Of a DNA stretch of 59,909 bases, positions 44,835 to 53,239 are shown one piece after another. The stretch covers positions 1 to 59,909 of the forward strand of contig DATLOH010000053.1 of assembly GCA_035536375.1 (NCBI GenBank), read 5' to 3'. Below the pieces are notes generated by a model. That model saw only the letters and a program-made list of their open reading frames with translations, was not told where the DNA came from and made no database searches. Source of the DNA: Acidimicrobiales bacterium. Lineage in GTDB: Bacteria; Actinomycetota; Acidimicrobiia; Acidimicrobiales; JACCXE01. Position 1 is the stretch's first letter. Each line of letters begins with the position of its first letter. Position numbers and translations under genes: made by a program.

Positions 44835-45398
44835 TCAGCCGCGGGTCACCCGGCCGTCGCCTTCGATGTCAATGGGCGGACCGAGGTGGCGCGGCTCGCG
44901 GCCGATAGCGACTTCGCCCACGGCCTTCACTCGTGCGAACACTTCGCGCACCTTGGCGACCGCGCCGCGTTCGCCGTAGGTATGACGGTCGGCGGCAACA
45001 CCCTTCGCGTCGAGACCGGCCCGACGCGCCAGCCACACCGCGCGCGCGAGGTGGAAGCGCTGCGTGATGACGACGACCTTTGTCGCGCCGAACACCTTCC
45101 GCGCGCGCACGGCGCTCGACCACGTGTCGAACCCGGCGTGGTCGGTGAAGATGTCGGCGTCGGCAACACCAAGCTCGGCAAGCCGAAGGCGCATGGCGCG
45201 CACCTCGTCGTGCGCCACCGTGCCGTGGTCGCCCGAAGCGAGGATCTTCTCGACGCGGCCGTCGCGGTAAAGCGACGCAGCGACGTCTAGACGGTCGCGC
45301 AGCATCAGGCTCGGGTTGCCCTTCGGAGTAAGGCCGGCTCCGAGTACGAGTGCGACGGGAGCGTCGATCGGCCCGGTTGTACGACCGCCCCGCAGCAC
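44835..45398 (-). CDS. SanA/YdcF (DUF218) family envelope protein. N-terminal TM segment appears to lie upstream of the first canonical start.
   Basis: VALVLGAG...LASGDHG...DHAGFDTWSS...VVITQRFHLARA closely follows the E. coli SanA layout. The in-frame upstream stretch 45399-45482 encodes ILIFRWARRAAIGAVVCLALIVTANVI. Confidence 0.75.
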   Translation of the reverse strand: MLRGGRTTGPIDAPVALVLGAGLTPKGNPSLMLRDRLDVAASLYRDGRVEKILASGDHGTVAHDEVRAMRLRLAELGVADADIFTDHAGFDTWSSAVRARKVFGATKVVVITQRFHLARAVWLARRAGLDAKGVAADRHTYGERGAVAKVREVFARVKAVGEVAIGREPRHLGPPIDIEGDGRVTRG

Positions 45399-45483
45399 TA
45401 TGACGTTGGCGGTAACGATGAGCGCGAGACAGACGACAGCACCGATCGCGGCTCGGCGCGCCCAGCGAAAGATCAGGATGGCG

Positions 45484-45654
45484 CTATTCGATGATCATGC
45501 AGTCGCGGAGGCCGCTGGGCGACAGGCAGTGACAGTGCGTGTTGCGGATGAGCTCGCAGCCCCACGGGGGATCCTTTACCGCGTCAGCCGGAGTGGCGTT
45601 GAGGCCGAGCGGGATCAGGGCGATGAGAAAGGCTCGGAGGAGGAGTCGGCGCAT
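45484..45654 (-). CDS. small secreted Cys-rich peptide precursor (56 aa; predicted 31-aa mature peptide, 4 Cys), copy 1
   Basis: MRRLLLRAFLIALIPLGLNATPADA / VKDPPWGCELIRNTHCHCLSPSGLRDCMIIE. Paralogous to the next gene at both protein and DNA level. Confidence 0.6.
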   Translation of the reverse strand: MRRLLLRAFLIALIPLGLNATPADAVKDPPWGCELIRNTHCHCLSPSGLRDCMIIE

Positions 45655-45671
45655 GGCGCGCACAGTACCGC

Positions 45672-45842
45672 TCAGTCGATCAGTACGCAGCTGACCGTGC
45701 TGGTCGGAGACAGGCAATGGCAATAGACGTTGTTGACGATGTCGCACGGCTCCGGGATGTCCTTCGCCGCCTCAGTCGGAGTGGCGCTGAGGCCGAGCGG
45801 GATCAGAGCGATGAGCAGGGCTCGCAGCATGGTTCGGCGCAT
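45672..45842 (-). CDS. small secreted Cys-rich peptide precursor (56 aa), copy 2
   Basis: MRRTMLRALLIALIPLGLSATPTEA / AKDIPEPCDIVNNVYCHCLSPTSTVSCVLID. Same C-x7-CHC-x8-C spacing as copy 1. Confidence 0.6.
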   Translation of the reverse strand: MRRTMLRALLIALIPLGLSATPTEAAKDIPEPCDIVNNVYCHCLSPTSTVSCVLID

Positions 45843-45879
45843 GGCTGCACGATATCCGGCGCGCCTGCTGGCCGGCTGG

Positions 45880-46902
45880 CTACGCGCTTGGCGCTTCGAG
45901 AACAGCCGATCCGGTAGCAACCGCGACGGGCTTGCCGTCGGCATTCGTCACGGTGGCGTGCGCGATCGCCAAGGAACGCCCACGATGCGTGACGGTGCCG
46001 ACGGCGGTGAGCCTGCGCCCGTCGGGGAACACCGGTCGTAGGTAGTTCACTTTTACGTCGATCGGCCTGAACGAGTCGCCGCGCTCCATGTGAGTCTGGA
46101 TCGCGCACGCGAGCGCGGCGTCGGCGATCATCGCCGTGAAGCCACCCTGCACGGTCATGGCCGGTGTCGTCATCCACCCGCTCGTCGGCATCGTGAGCGT
46201 GGCGGACCCTTCCACTGCGTCCGTCACCCAAAGGCCGGTGAGCCGGCCGATCGGGGGTCGCGGGAGGTCGCCTTTCGCCTGAGCTTGTAGGACCTCCAAA
46301 CCAGACAGGCTCGACCAGACTTCGGGATCGAGCACGTCTCCGGCGGGCTGGCGTTCCCAAGGGTCCGGCGTGTCGTAGGTCGGACGTTCGATTGGGACGA
46401 TCGGATCAGGAATGGGCGGCAGATCGGGAAACGGTGGAAAGATCGACAGCCGGGACGTCCCCGCGGCGACGAGCTGACGATCGGCGTCGAATACCTGCAC
46501 GCCCGTGAGACCCATCTGCGGCGACGAATGAATGAGCGTGCCGCGAGCTTCGAGCTCGCCGTGCAGCGCCGGCTCACGCACACGTGTCAACGACAACTCC
46601 GCCGTGGTGAACCCGACGCCCGCCGGCAGCTGCTCGCCAAGCGCCATCCCGAACGCGAGATCGGCGACGATCGCCAGCGCGCCAAGCGGGACGCGGCCCT
46701 GTGGCGAAACCAGCCACGGGCTCACGGGCATCAGCGCAGTGGCCCAGCTACCGTCGCGCTCGATCGGTCGCACGCCGACGAAGTGTCCGATCGGTGGGTA
46801 CGGCGACACTTCGGCGAAGCGTTCGAAGCGGTCGGGCCCGGTGAGCGCCACCGTCCACGGCGGGGGATAACCACCGCGGACGGGCTCCTCCCATATCTCC
46901 AT
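45880..46902 (-). CDS. double hot-dog fold thioesterase (PaaI-like domains x2)
   Basis: 340-aa ORF. Two repeats of the ...P...G.v.GG..a.l.D.a.g.A... hot-dog pattern (LGALAIVADLAFGMAL and GGFTAMIADAALACAI). Confidence 0.7.
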   Translation of the reverse strand: MEIWEEPVRGGYPPPWTVALTGPDRFERFAEVSPYPPIGHFVGVRPIERDGSWATALMPVSPWLVSPQGRVPLGALAIVADLAFGMALGEQLPAGVGFTTAELSLTRVREPALHGELEARGTLIHSSPQMGLTGVQVFDADRQLVAAGTSRLSIFPPFPDLPPIPDPIVPIERPTYDTPDPWERQPAGDVLDPEVWSSLSGLEVLQAQAKGDLPRPPIGRLTGLWVTDAVEGSATLTMPTSGWMTTPAMTVQGGFTAMIADAALACAIQTHMERGDSFRPIDVKVNYLRPVFPDGRRLTAVGTVTHRGRSLAIAHATVTNADGKPVAVATGSAVLEAPSA

Positions 46903-46965
46903 CCCGTCTGGCTAGCGCAATCGCAGAGCTACTGCCACGCGAAGATGGGCACGCGAGGAGGGACG

Positions 46966-48342
46966 ATGCCGATCGCGACCATCAACCCGACGACGGGCGA
47001 GACGGTGCGCACGTTCGACGCGCTCAGTACCGAGGCGATCGAGCAGCGACTCGCCCGCGCCGCGCAGGCTGCTGCGGCGTACCGGGCGACCTCGTTCGCG
47101 CAGCGGATCCTGTGGATGCACCGCGCGGGTGAGATCCTCGCCGACGAGCGCGCCGCGGTGGCCGACATGGTCACTACCGAGATGGGAAAGACGCGAGTCG
47201 CAGCACTCGCCGAGGTCGACAAGTGCGCGGCCGCATGCCATTGGTTTGCGGACCACGCCGAGGCTCTTCTGGCCGACGAACCACTCGCCGACCCAGGCGC
47301 GGTCAACGCCAGCGGGGCGTTGGTGCGCTACGAACCGCTTGGCGTCGTGCTGGCGATCATGCCGTGGAACTTTCCGTTGTGGCAGGCGATGCGCTTCGCC
47401 GCGCCGGCGCTAATGGCTGGCAACGTCGGGCTGTTGAAGCACGCATCGAACGTGCCGATGACTGCGCTGTACTTCGAAGACCTGTTCGCACGGGCTGGCT
47501 TGCCGGACGGCGCGTTCCAGACGCTGCTCGTCGGGTCCGACGCTGTAGAGCGGATGTTGCGCGACGACCGGGTGGCTGCGGCGACCCTCACTGGGAGTGA
47601 ATCGGCAGGAGCGGCAGTTGCCGCGATCGCCGGCGAAGTGATCAAGCCGACGGTGCTCGAACTCGGTGGGAGCGATCCCTTCATCGTGATGCCGTCGGCC
47701 GATCTCGACGCCGCCGCTGCGGTGGCGACGACGTCCCGTTGCCAAAACAACGGGCAGAGCTGCATCGCTGCGAAGCGCTTCATCGTCCACGATGCGGTGT
47801 ACGACGCGTTCGCCGCAAGATTCGTCGCCGCAATGGATGCGTTGGTCGTCGGTGACCCTGTAAACGATGCGACCGACATCGGTCCTCTCGCAACCGAGCA
47901 GGGACGCGCCGATATCGAGGAGCTCGTAGCCGACGCAGTAGCCAAGGGTGCTCAGGTCCTCTGCGGTGGGCAGTGTCTCGATCGCGCTGGATGGTTCTAT
48001 CCACCGACGGTCCTCGCCGGCATCACCGAAGACATGCGCGTTTTCGGCGAGGAGGTCTTCGGACCCGTCGCCGTCCTTTACCGCGTCCATTCGATCGAAG
48101 ACGCGATCACTCTTGCCAATGCGACGAAGTTCGCTCTCGGCTCGAATGCTTGGACCACTGACACCGCTGAGCAAGATCGGTTCGTGACCGACATCACCGC
48201 TGGCGCCGTGTTCATAAACGGCATGACCACGTCGTACGTGCAGCTGCCCTTCGGGGGCACCAAGCGTTCTGGATACGGCCGTGAACTCGCGGGCCACGGC
48301 ATCAAAGCGTTCTGCAATGCGAAGACCATCTGGATTGCCTGA
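46966..48342 (+). CDS. NAD(P)+-dependent aldehyde dehydrogenase (succinate-semialdehyde dehydrogenase-like)
   Basis: ATG 46966 after GAGGAGGGA. MPIATINPTTGE..., catalytic ELGGSDP and NNGQSCIAAKRF motifs. The track ORF start at 46528 is upstream and non-coding. Confidence 0.9.
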   Translation: MPIATINPTTGETVRTFDALSTEAIEQRLARAAQAAAAYRATSFAQRILWMHRAGEILADERAAVADMVTTEMGKTRVAALAEVDKCAAACHWFADHAEALLADEPLADPGAVNASGALVRYEPLGVVLAIMPWNFPLWQAMRFAAPALMAGNVGLLKHASNVPMTALYFEDLFARAGLPDGAFQTLLVGSDAVERMLRDDRVAAATLTGSESAGAAVAAIAGEVIKPTVLELGGSDPFIVMPSADLDAAAAVATTSRCQNNGQSCIAAKRFIVHDAVYDAFAARFVAAMDALVVGDPVNDATDIGPLATEQGRADIEELVADAVAKGAQVLCGGQCLDRAGWFYPPTVLAGITEDMRVFGEEVFGPVAVLYRVHSIEDAITLANATKFALGSNAWTTDTAEQDRFVTDITAGAVFINGMTTSYVQLPFGGTKRSGYGRELAGHGIKAFCNAKTIWIA

Positions 48343-48380
48343 CCTCCGAGGCGCATGTGTGCCGGCGGTACGCTCCCGGC

Positions 48381-49277
48381 ATGACGGTCCCGGACCAGCG
48401 CGGCAAGGTCGTCGTCATCACCGGTGCGAACTCAGGCATCGGCAAGGAAACCGCAGTCATGCTCGCCGCCGCAGGCGCGAGTGTTCTGATAACGAGCAGG
48501 GATGCCGAGCGCGGGAAGGCGGCGATCGACGAGATCGTTCGGCGGTCGGGGAGCGACGCAATTGCTGCGGTCGACCTTGACCTCTCGTCATTCGAGTCGA
48601 TTCGATCGGCGGCCGAGAAGATCCTCGAGCGATGCGACAGCATCGACGTCCTGATCAACAATGCCGGCGGCATTCTCACGGAGTTGACGACGACCGTTGA
48701 AGGGTTCGAAGCCACGCTCGGCGGCAATCACGTCGGTCATTTCCTGCTCACCGATCTGCTGCTCGAGCGGCTGCGTGCCAGCGCGCCGTCGCGCGTCGTC
48801 ACGTTGTCGTCAATCGCGCACCGCGGCGCACGTGGAATCGGCGAGGACGACTTTTTCCCGCAAGCCGGATACAACGGCACCCGCGCGTACGCGAAGTCGA
48901 AGCTCGCCAACCTCCAGTTCGCGCGTGAGCTTGCCCGCCGCGAACGTGAGGCCGGCAGCGGCGTGACGTCGTTTGCCGTGCACCCCGGAGGCGTACGCAC
49001 CGGCTTCGGTGGTGACGGTGACACCGGCGGCATCGTCGGCCTCGGAATCAAGCTCATACGGGGGCTGTCGATCTCCGCGGAGTCCGGCGCCGCCGCATCT
49101 GTCCACACCGCAACGGCGCCAGGCATCGAGCCGAAATCCGGCGCGTATTACCAGCGCTCGGTCGCAGGCAACTACGGCCCGGTTGTCGAAGCCAAACCGA
49201 CCGCAGCCGCACGCGACGATGAGGCCTGCCGCGAGCTGTGGGTACTCACCGAGAAAGTGGTCGCCGCAGCTTCCTGA
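48381..49277 (+). CDS. SDR family oxidoreductase (retinol-dehydrogenase-like)
   Basis: KVVVITGANSGIGKETA cofactor motif, NNAG, YAKSKLAN catalytic YxxxK. Confidence 0.85.
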   Translation: MTVPDQRGKVVVITGANSGIGKETAVMLAAAGASVLITSRDAERGKAAIDEIVRRSGSDAIAAVDLDLSSFESIRSAAEKILERCDSIDVLINNAGGILTELTTTVEGFEATLGGNHVGHFLLTDLLLERLRASAPSRVVTLSSIAHRGARGIGEDDFFPQAGYNGTRAYAKSKLANLQFARELARREREAGSGVTSFAVHPGGVRTGFGGDGDTGGIVGLGIKLIRGLSISAESGAAASVHTATAPGIEPKSGAYYQRSVAGNYGPVVEAKPTAAARDDEACRELWVLTEKVVAAAS

Positions 49278-49302
49278 TGTGGCGGTGCCGCTCGGCGGAG
49301 CC

Positions 49303-49536
49303 CTAGAGGTGCTCGGATGCGGCGGCCTGAACCGCAGCCACGATGTCCTCCCACGGGGCATCGCCAGAGCGCGTCACGGTGACGAAGTCGTTGACCCCGA
49401 ACAGCGACGAAACGCCGGGCACACCTAGGACAGCCTGACCGAAAGCGCTCTGCTCGACGTCGTCGGGGACAGGCGCATCGAGGGAAAAGCGCAATGCGTT
49501 CGGGTTCGGCGTCGAGGACGGTGTCGCGGTAGCCAT
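49303..49536 (-). CDS. Nfu/NifU N-terminal-domain-like small protein
   Basis: 77-aa ORF. NPNALRFSLD...GVSSLFGVNDFVTVTR resembles the Nfu_N scaffold domain. Confidence 0.6.
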   Translation of the reverse strand: MATATPSSTPNPNALRFSLDAPVPDDVEQSAFGQAVLGVPGVSSLFGVNDFVTVTRSGDAPWEDIVAAVQAAASEHL

Positions 49537-49583
49537 GCCATCGTTTCTATCAGCGGATCCGGACCCACTCGCCTAGCCGCTCG

Positions 49584-49847
49584 TCAGAGCAGCGGCAGCT
49601 GTTCGATGCGGGCGGCGCGCTCGGCGAGCGGCTCCCATCGTGACGCGCCCCGGGGGCCCGACAAGCTCACCTCGATCGACGAAATAGGCAGGGATAACAC
49701 CGCGCCGCGACCGTCGGCCACGCGGATGCTGCCGTCGGCTTCGACGCCGAGCGTACGGGCGGTCGCCCACCGTTCCGTGGCCCGCCGACGAAATCGCACG
49801 GTCTCTCGAGGACGCAGCCCTAGCTGGGCAAGATCATGCTCGCTCAC
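49584..49847 (-). CDS. hypothetical small protein translationally coupled to WS/DGAT
   Basis: 87-aa ORF whose GTG overlaps the upstream TGA (GTGA at 49844-49847). No motif recognised. Confidence 0.45.
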   Translation of the reverse strand: MSEHDLAQLGLRPRETVRFRRRATERWATARTLGVEADGSIRVADGRGAVLSLPISSIEVSLSGPRGASRWEPLAERAARIEQLPLL

Positions 49848-51208
49848 GTGCGGGCCGCTTCGGCGAGCAGCGCCTCGAACTCGGCCGCCAGCAGGGCGGT
49901 GAGCTCGGCGGGGTCGTCGACCGCTGCTGGGTCCGTGACAAGACCGAGATCGAGCGAGCCCTCGTAGGACATGACAGTGGCGTTGGCGGCCGTGCCCCCC
50001 GTCGGGCCCATCGGGTGCGTGCTGAGCACTCGGGCGCCGGACACGTACAGAGGGAACGGCGCCCCGCGAACGTTCGAGCACGCGAAGTCGACGGTCTCGA
50101 TCTGTTGGCGGGCCAGCGTCACCAGCAGCGGAGAGGGCAACCCGGTGAGCAGGCCGGCGACCGCCCAACCGAGCCCCGACGAGCGCTGCGCCTTTACGTC
50201 GCCGAGTCGCGTGCCGATCTCACGGAAACGATCCACGCGCGTGCCGGTCGCCGGCAAGAGCACTCGCGCAGGCATGAAGTCGTTGCCTCCGGCCGAGCGA
50301 TCAGTTCGGGTGCTGAGGGGGATCGACACCCGGAAGGCGTCAACATCGACGCCTCGCGCCCCGTGGTATTCGACGGCTGCACCCACCACCGCAGCGACGA
50401 AGAGGTCGTTCACAGTCCCGCCGAGCGTCTTGGCTGCCGCCTTTACCTCAGCGAGGTCGACCCGGTGCACGTCAAGACGTCGGTCAGTCGATCGGTGCCC
50501 TCGCCACAGAGTCGAGTGGGCCCGATCGGTGACGACGAGCTGGCCGAGCGTGGCGCGAGCGACGCCGATCGGATTGCGGGCCGCGCTGGCCGCCTCCGAG
50601 AGCGCCACGCGCCCGAAGTCGATCGGGCGCCGAAGTGCGTCCGCCGCCGCATCGGCGAGATCGTTGACGAGGCCTCGGCTCGCCTCCGCTTCGGGCTCCG
50701 GATCGGCGAGGAGCTCGAGCGGCGCCTCCGCGTCAGGCGAGATGTCGAGAAACGATGCCGACAAGCGGACCCCGCCGACGCCGTCGGTGATGGTGTGGTG
50801 GAACTTCGCCAGCAGTACTGCTCGCTCGTCGCCGAGCCGCTCCACGATGCGCAGCTGCCAGAGCGGGCGCTCGGGATCGAACGGTTCCGCCAGGAACGCG
50901 CCGCCGACGTCGAGGAGCTGGCGCTCCGTTGCGTCCTTCGGCACGGCGAGCTTGGCGACGTGGTACGCGATGTCGAATTCCGGATCGTCACGCCAGACCG
51001 GCACGGGCGACAGCAGACCGCCAGGCTCGATCCGCTGCCGCATGCGGCGAACACCGACCACTGCCGCCGCAAGACGCCGGCGGAATCGATCGAGGTCCGG
51101 GGCCCGATCGAGGAACGTGACGCTCAGGAACGCCGAGCTAAGGCTTGGGTCGCGCTCGGCGGCCCACATGAGCGCCTCGGCATCGGAGAGCCGTCGCGCC
51201 GCGCGCAC
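49844..51208 (-). CDS. wax ester synthase / diacylglycerol O-acyltransferase (WS/DGAT)
   Basis: Active-site HHTITDGVGG (HHxxxDG). Family-typical N-terminus RLSDAEALMW. Start GTG 51208 lies 8 nt after the upstream stop; ATG 51262 is the alternative. Confidence 0.85.
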   Translation of the reverse strand: MRAARRLSDAEALMWAAERDPSLSSAFLSVTFLDRAPDLDRFRRRLAAAVVGVRRMRQRIEPGGLLSPVPVWRDDPEFDIAYHVAKLAVPKDATERQLLDVGGAFLAEPFDPERPLWQLRIVERLGDERAVLLAKFHHTITDGVGGVRLSASFLDISPDAEAPLELLADPEPEAEASRGLVNDLADAAADALRRPIDFGRVALSEAASAARNPIGVARATLGQLVVTDRAHSTLWRGHRSTDRRLDVHRVDLAEVKAAAKTLGGTVNDLFVAAVVGAAVEYHGARGVDVDAFRVSIPLSTRTDRSAGGNDFMPARVLLPATGTRVDRFREIGTRLGDVKAQRSSGLGWAVAGLLTGLPSPLLVTLARQQIETVDFACSNVRGAPFPLYVSGARVLSTHPMGPTGGTAANATVMSYEGSLDLGLVTDPAAVDDPAELTALLAAEFEALLAEAART

Positions 51209-51216
51209 GGGGCGCG

Positions 51217-51819
51217 CTAGCGGCGGATAGTCGTCCACTTGAACTCGTTCAGGTCGGGCCATGCGATCAGCTCGACGACACGCTCGACTGAACGGATCGC
51301 CTCGTCGCTGTCGCCGTTCGGCCGGTGTTGGAGGCGCACGAACACGGCTGCGTCACCGACGACGAATGTCGGAACGCCGAAGACGCGGTGGTCGCGCTCG
51401 GCGCTCTCGTGCAGCTCTCGGAACTGCGCGAGCACCTTGGGCTCGCCGGCCGCGTGCAGCACCTCGTCATCGAGGCCGACCGAGTTGACGACTGTCGCAA
51501 GCACGGCCGGATCCCGCAGATCCCGACCATCGTCGTGGCGCGCGGCGAAGAGTGCTTCGTGAAGATCGAGGAACTGTTCGGGTTGTTGGTCACGGACGAC
51601 GAGCGATACCAGCGCGGGAAGCAACGTCGGGCCCGCTGCCGGGTCCTCCCACACCGGCGGGGCACCCTCGGCGACATGCATCTGCCCGAGTGAGAACGGC
51701 ACGAACGTCACATCCCACGACGCGCCGGCGCGTAGCCCAGCGATCACGTGTTCGTGCGCGTTGCGCGCGAACGGACAGCGATAGTCGTACGTGACGGCGA
51801 ATGCGGGCGTGTGAGTCAT
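51217..51819 (-). CDS. DsbA-like thioredoxin-fold protein with a single-Cys CPFA motif
   Basis: 200-aa ORF. FAVTYDYRCPFARNAHEHV... resembles the DSBA/HCCA-isomerase-like family but has CPFA in place of CxxC. Confidence 0.65.
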   Translation of the reverse strand: MTHTPAFAVTYDYRCPFARNAHEHVIAGLRAGASWDVTFVPFSLGQMHVAEGAPPVWEDPAAGPTLLPALVSLVVRDQQPEQFLDLHEALFAARHDDGRDLRDPAVLATVVNSVGLDDEVLHAAGEPKVLAQFRELHESAERDHRVFGVPTFVVGDAAVFVRLQHRPNGDSDEAIRSVERVVELIAWPDLNEFKWTTIRR

Positions 51820-51826
51820 CTGATCC

Positions 51827-52363
51827 TCAGGGGAGTGGGACGAGGAGGCGCACGAGCACCCCGAATGCCAAGCCGATCACGGTGCCGCCGATGACGTCTG
51901 AGGCATGGTGGATCTTGACGTAGATCCGGCTGAACGCGACCACGGACGCGAGCACGAACAGCAACGGCCCGAACGCCGTGCCGTCGGCGAGCAGCACGGC
52001 GGCACAGAAGGCCGCCGACGCGTGGCCGCTCGGGAAGCTGCTGGTTCGGGGGACGCGGAAGCCGTGCGGGCGCAGTCCCTCATAGATCGGGCGTACCCGT
52101 CGGAACAGAGCTTTGATCCCAAGGTTGACGACCGCTGACTGCACGAGCTCGGCCACTGCGGCTCGGACGGCAGCGAACTGGGCGGCGTCGTCCCCGAGCC
52201 CGGCGCGGGCGGCGCACAGCACGAACCACAAGACCCCGTGGTCCGCCGCAGCACTTGCCGTGTAAAAAACTCGATCGGTGACGCGGTTGCCGCGCCAACG
52301 CTCGACGGCTGCGTCGACGCGTGCGTCGAAGGCGCTGACACGGGCGGGTAGGACCAGCGGCAC
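51827..52363 (-). CDS. PAP2 (type 2 phosphatidic acid phosphatase) family membrane phosphatase
   Basis: All three PAP2 motifs are present: KALFRRVRP, PSGH and SRIYVKIHHASD. Confidence 0.85.
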   Translation of the reverse strand: MPLVLPARVSAFDARVDAAVERWRGNRVTDRVFYTASAAADHGVLWFVLCAARAGLGDDAAQFAAVRAAVAELVQSAVVNLGIKALFRRVRPIYEGLRPHGFRVPRTSSFPSGHASAAFCAAVLLADGTAFGPLLFVLASVVAFSRIYVKIHHASDVIGGTVIGLAFGVLVRLLVPLP

Positions 52364-52372
52364 GCCCTCAAA

Positions 52373-53239
52373 CTACGAGACTGCTGCTGGCTCCAGTTCC
52401 TCGGCCCGGGGAGCGTCTGCGGGATCGCCGCCAAAGACGGGGCACCAGGCGCGAAACGAGCACCAGTCACACAGTGCGCTCGGGTTCGGCCGGAAGTCGT
52501 CGCGGTCGCATGCGCGCTCGATCGCGGCCCAAACGGCGCCGGCCCGCAATCGCAGGCCGCGCGCCGACTGGTCGGTCGGCACGGTGGTGATTGCTTCTGG
52601 CTCGCGCAGGTGCAGGAGCTGGATGCGGTCGGGCCGGCGACCGAGCGCCTCTTCACACAGGAAGGCATAGAAATGAACGCCGGCCAGCCGACGGCCTTCG
52701 AACTGGACGCGCGGAGCGGCGCCCGTCTTGTAATCGGTGACGACGAGCGCTCCGTCGTCAGCGATTTCGAGTCGGTCGATTACGCCGCGCAGCCGCGTTC
52801 CGCCAAGCTGGGCTTCGAGTCGCAGCTCGGTGCCGAGCATGCGCACCGCGTTGGGATCCTCGATGAGGAACAAGTTTGCGACGAGCTTGGCGGCGTCGTC
52901 CCAGAACTCCGTGGCCGCTTCGCCGACGAGGCCGAGATCGGCATAGTCCGGGTGGCCGGCAAATTCGATGCGGGTGCGGTCGAGCATTGCTTGGGCCACG
53001 GCGGGGGTTCGTTCGCCTCGGTCATACAGCCAGAACAGCAACTCGAGCGCCCGGTGCACGACCGTGCCCTTGGTCAGGTGAACCGACGGCGGCTCGGGGA
53101 CGCGGTCGATGGCCGAGAAGCGAAACGCCAGGCCGCAATGGGTGAAGCTCGCTACCTTCGAGGGCGACAGCGTGGTGGGAAGCGTCAAGCTCACAGCCCG
53201 CAGGGTACGCCGGGGGTGTGGCGGGCTTGCGGACCTCAA
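52373..53239 (-). CDS. RecB-family / Cas4-like PD-(D/E)XK nuclease with a Cys cluster
   Basis: N-terminal LSPSKVASFTHCGLAFRF. Core GVIDRLE...VVTDYKTG. C-terminal CDWCSFRAWC (CxxCx5C). TTG start overlaps the upstream stop. Confidence 0.75.
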   Translation of the reverse strand: MRSASPPHPRRTLRAVSLTLPTTLSPSKVASFTHCGLAFRFSAIDRVPEPPSVHLTKGTVVHRALELLFWLYDRGERTPAVAQAMLDRTRIEFAGHPDYADLGLVGEAATEFWDDAAKLVANLFLIEDPNAVRMLGTELRLEAQLGGTRLRGVIDRLEIADDGALVVTDYKTGAAPRVQFEGRRLAGVHFYAFLCEEALGRRPDRIQLLHLREPEAITTVPTDQSARGLRLRAGAVWAAIERACDRDDFRPNPSALCDWCSFRAWCPVFGGDPADAPRAEELEPAAVS

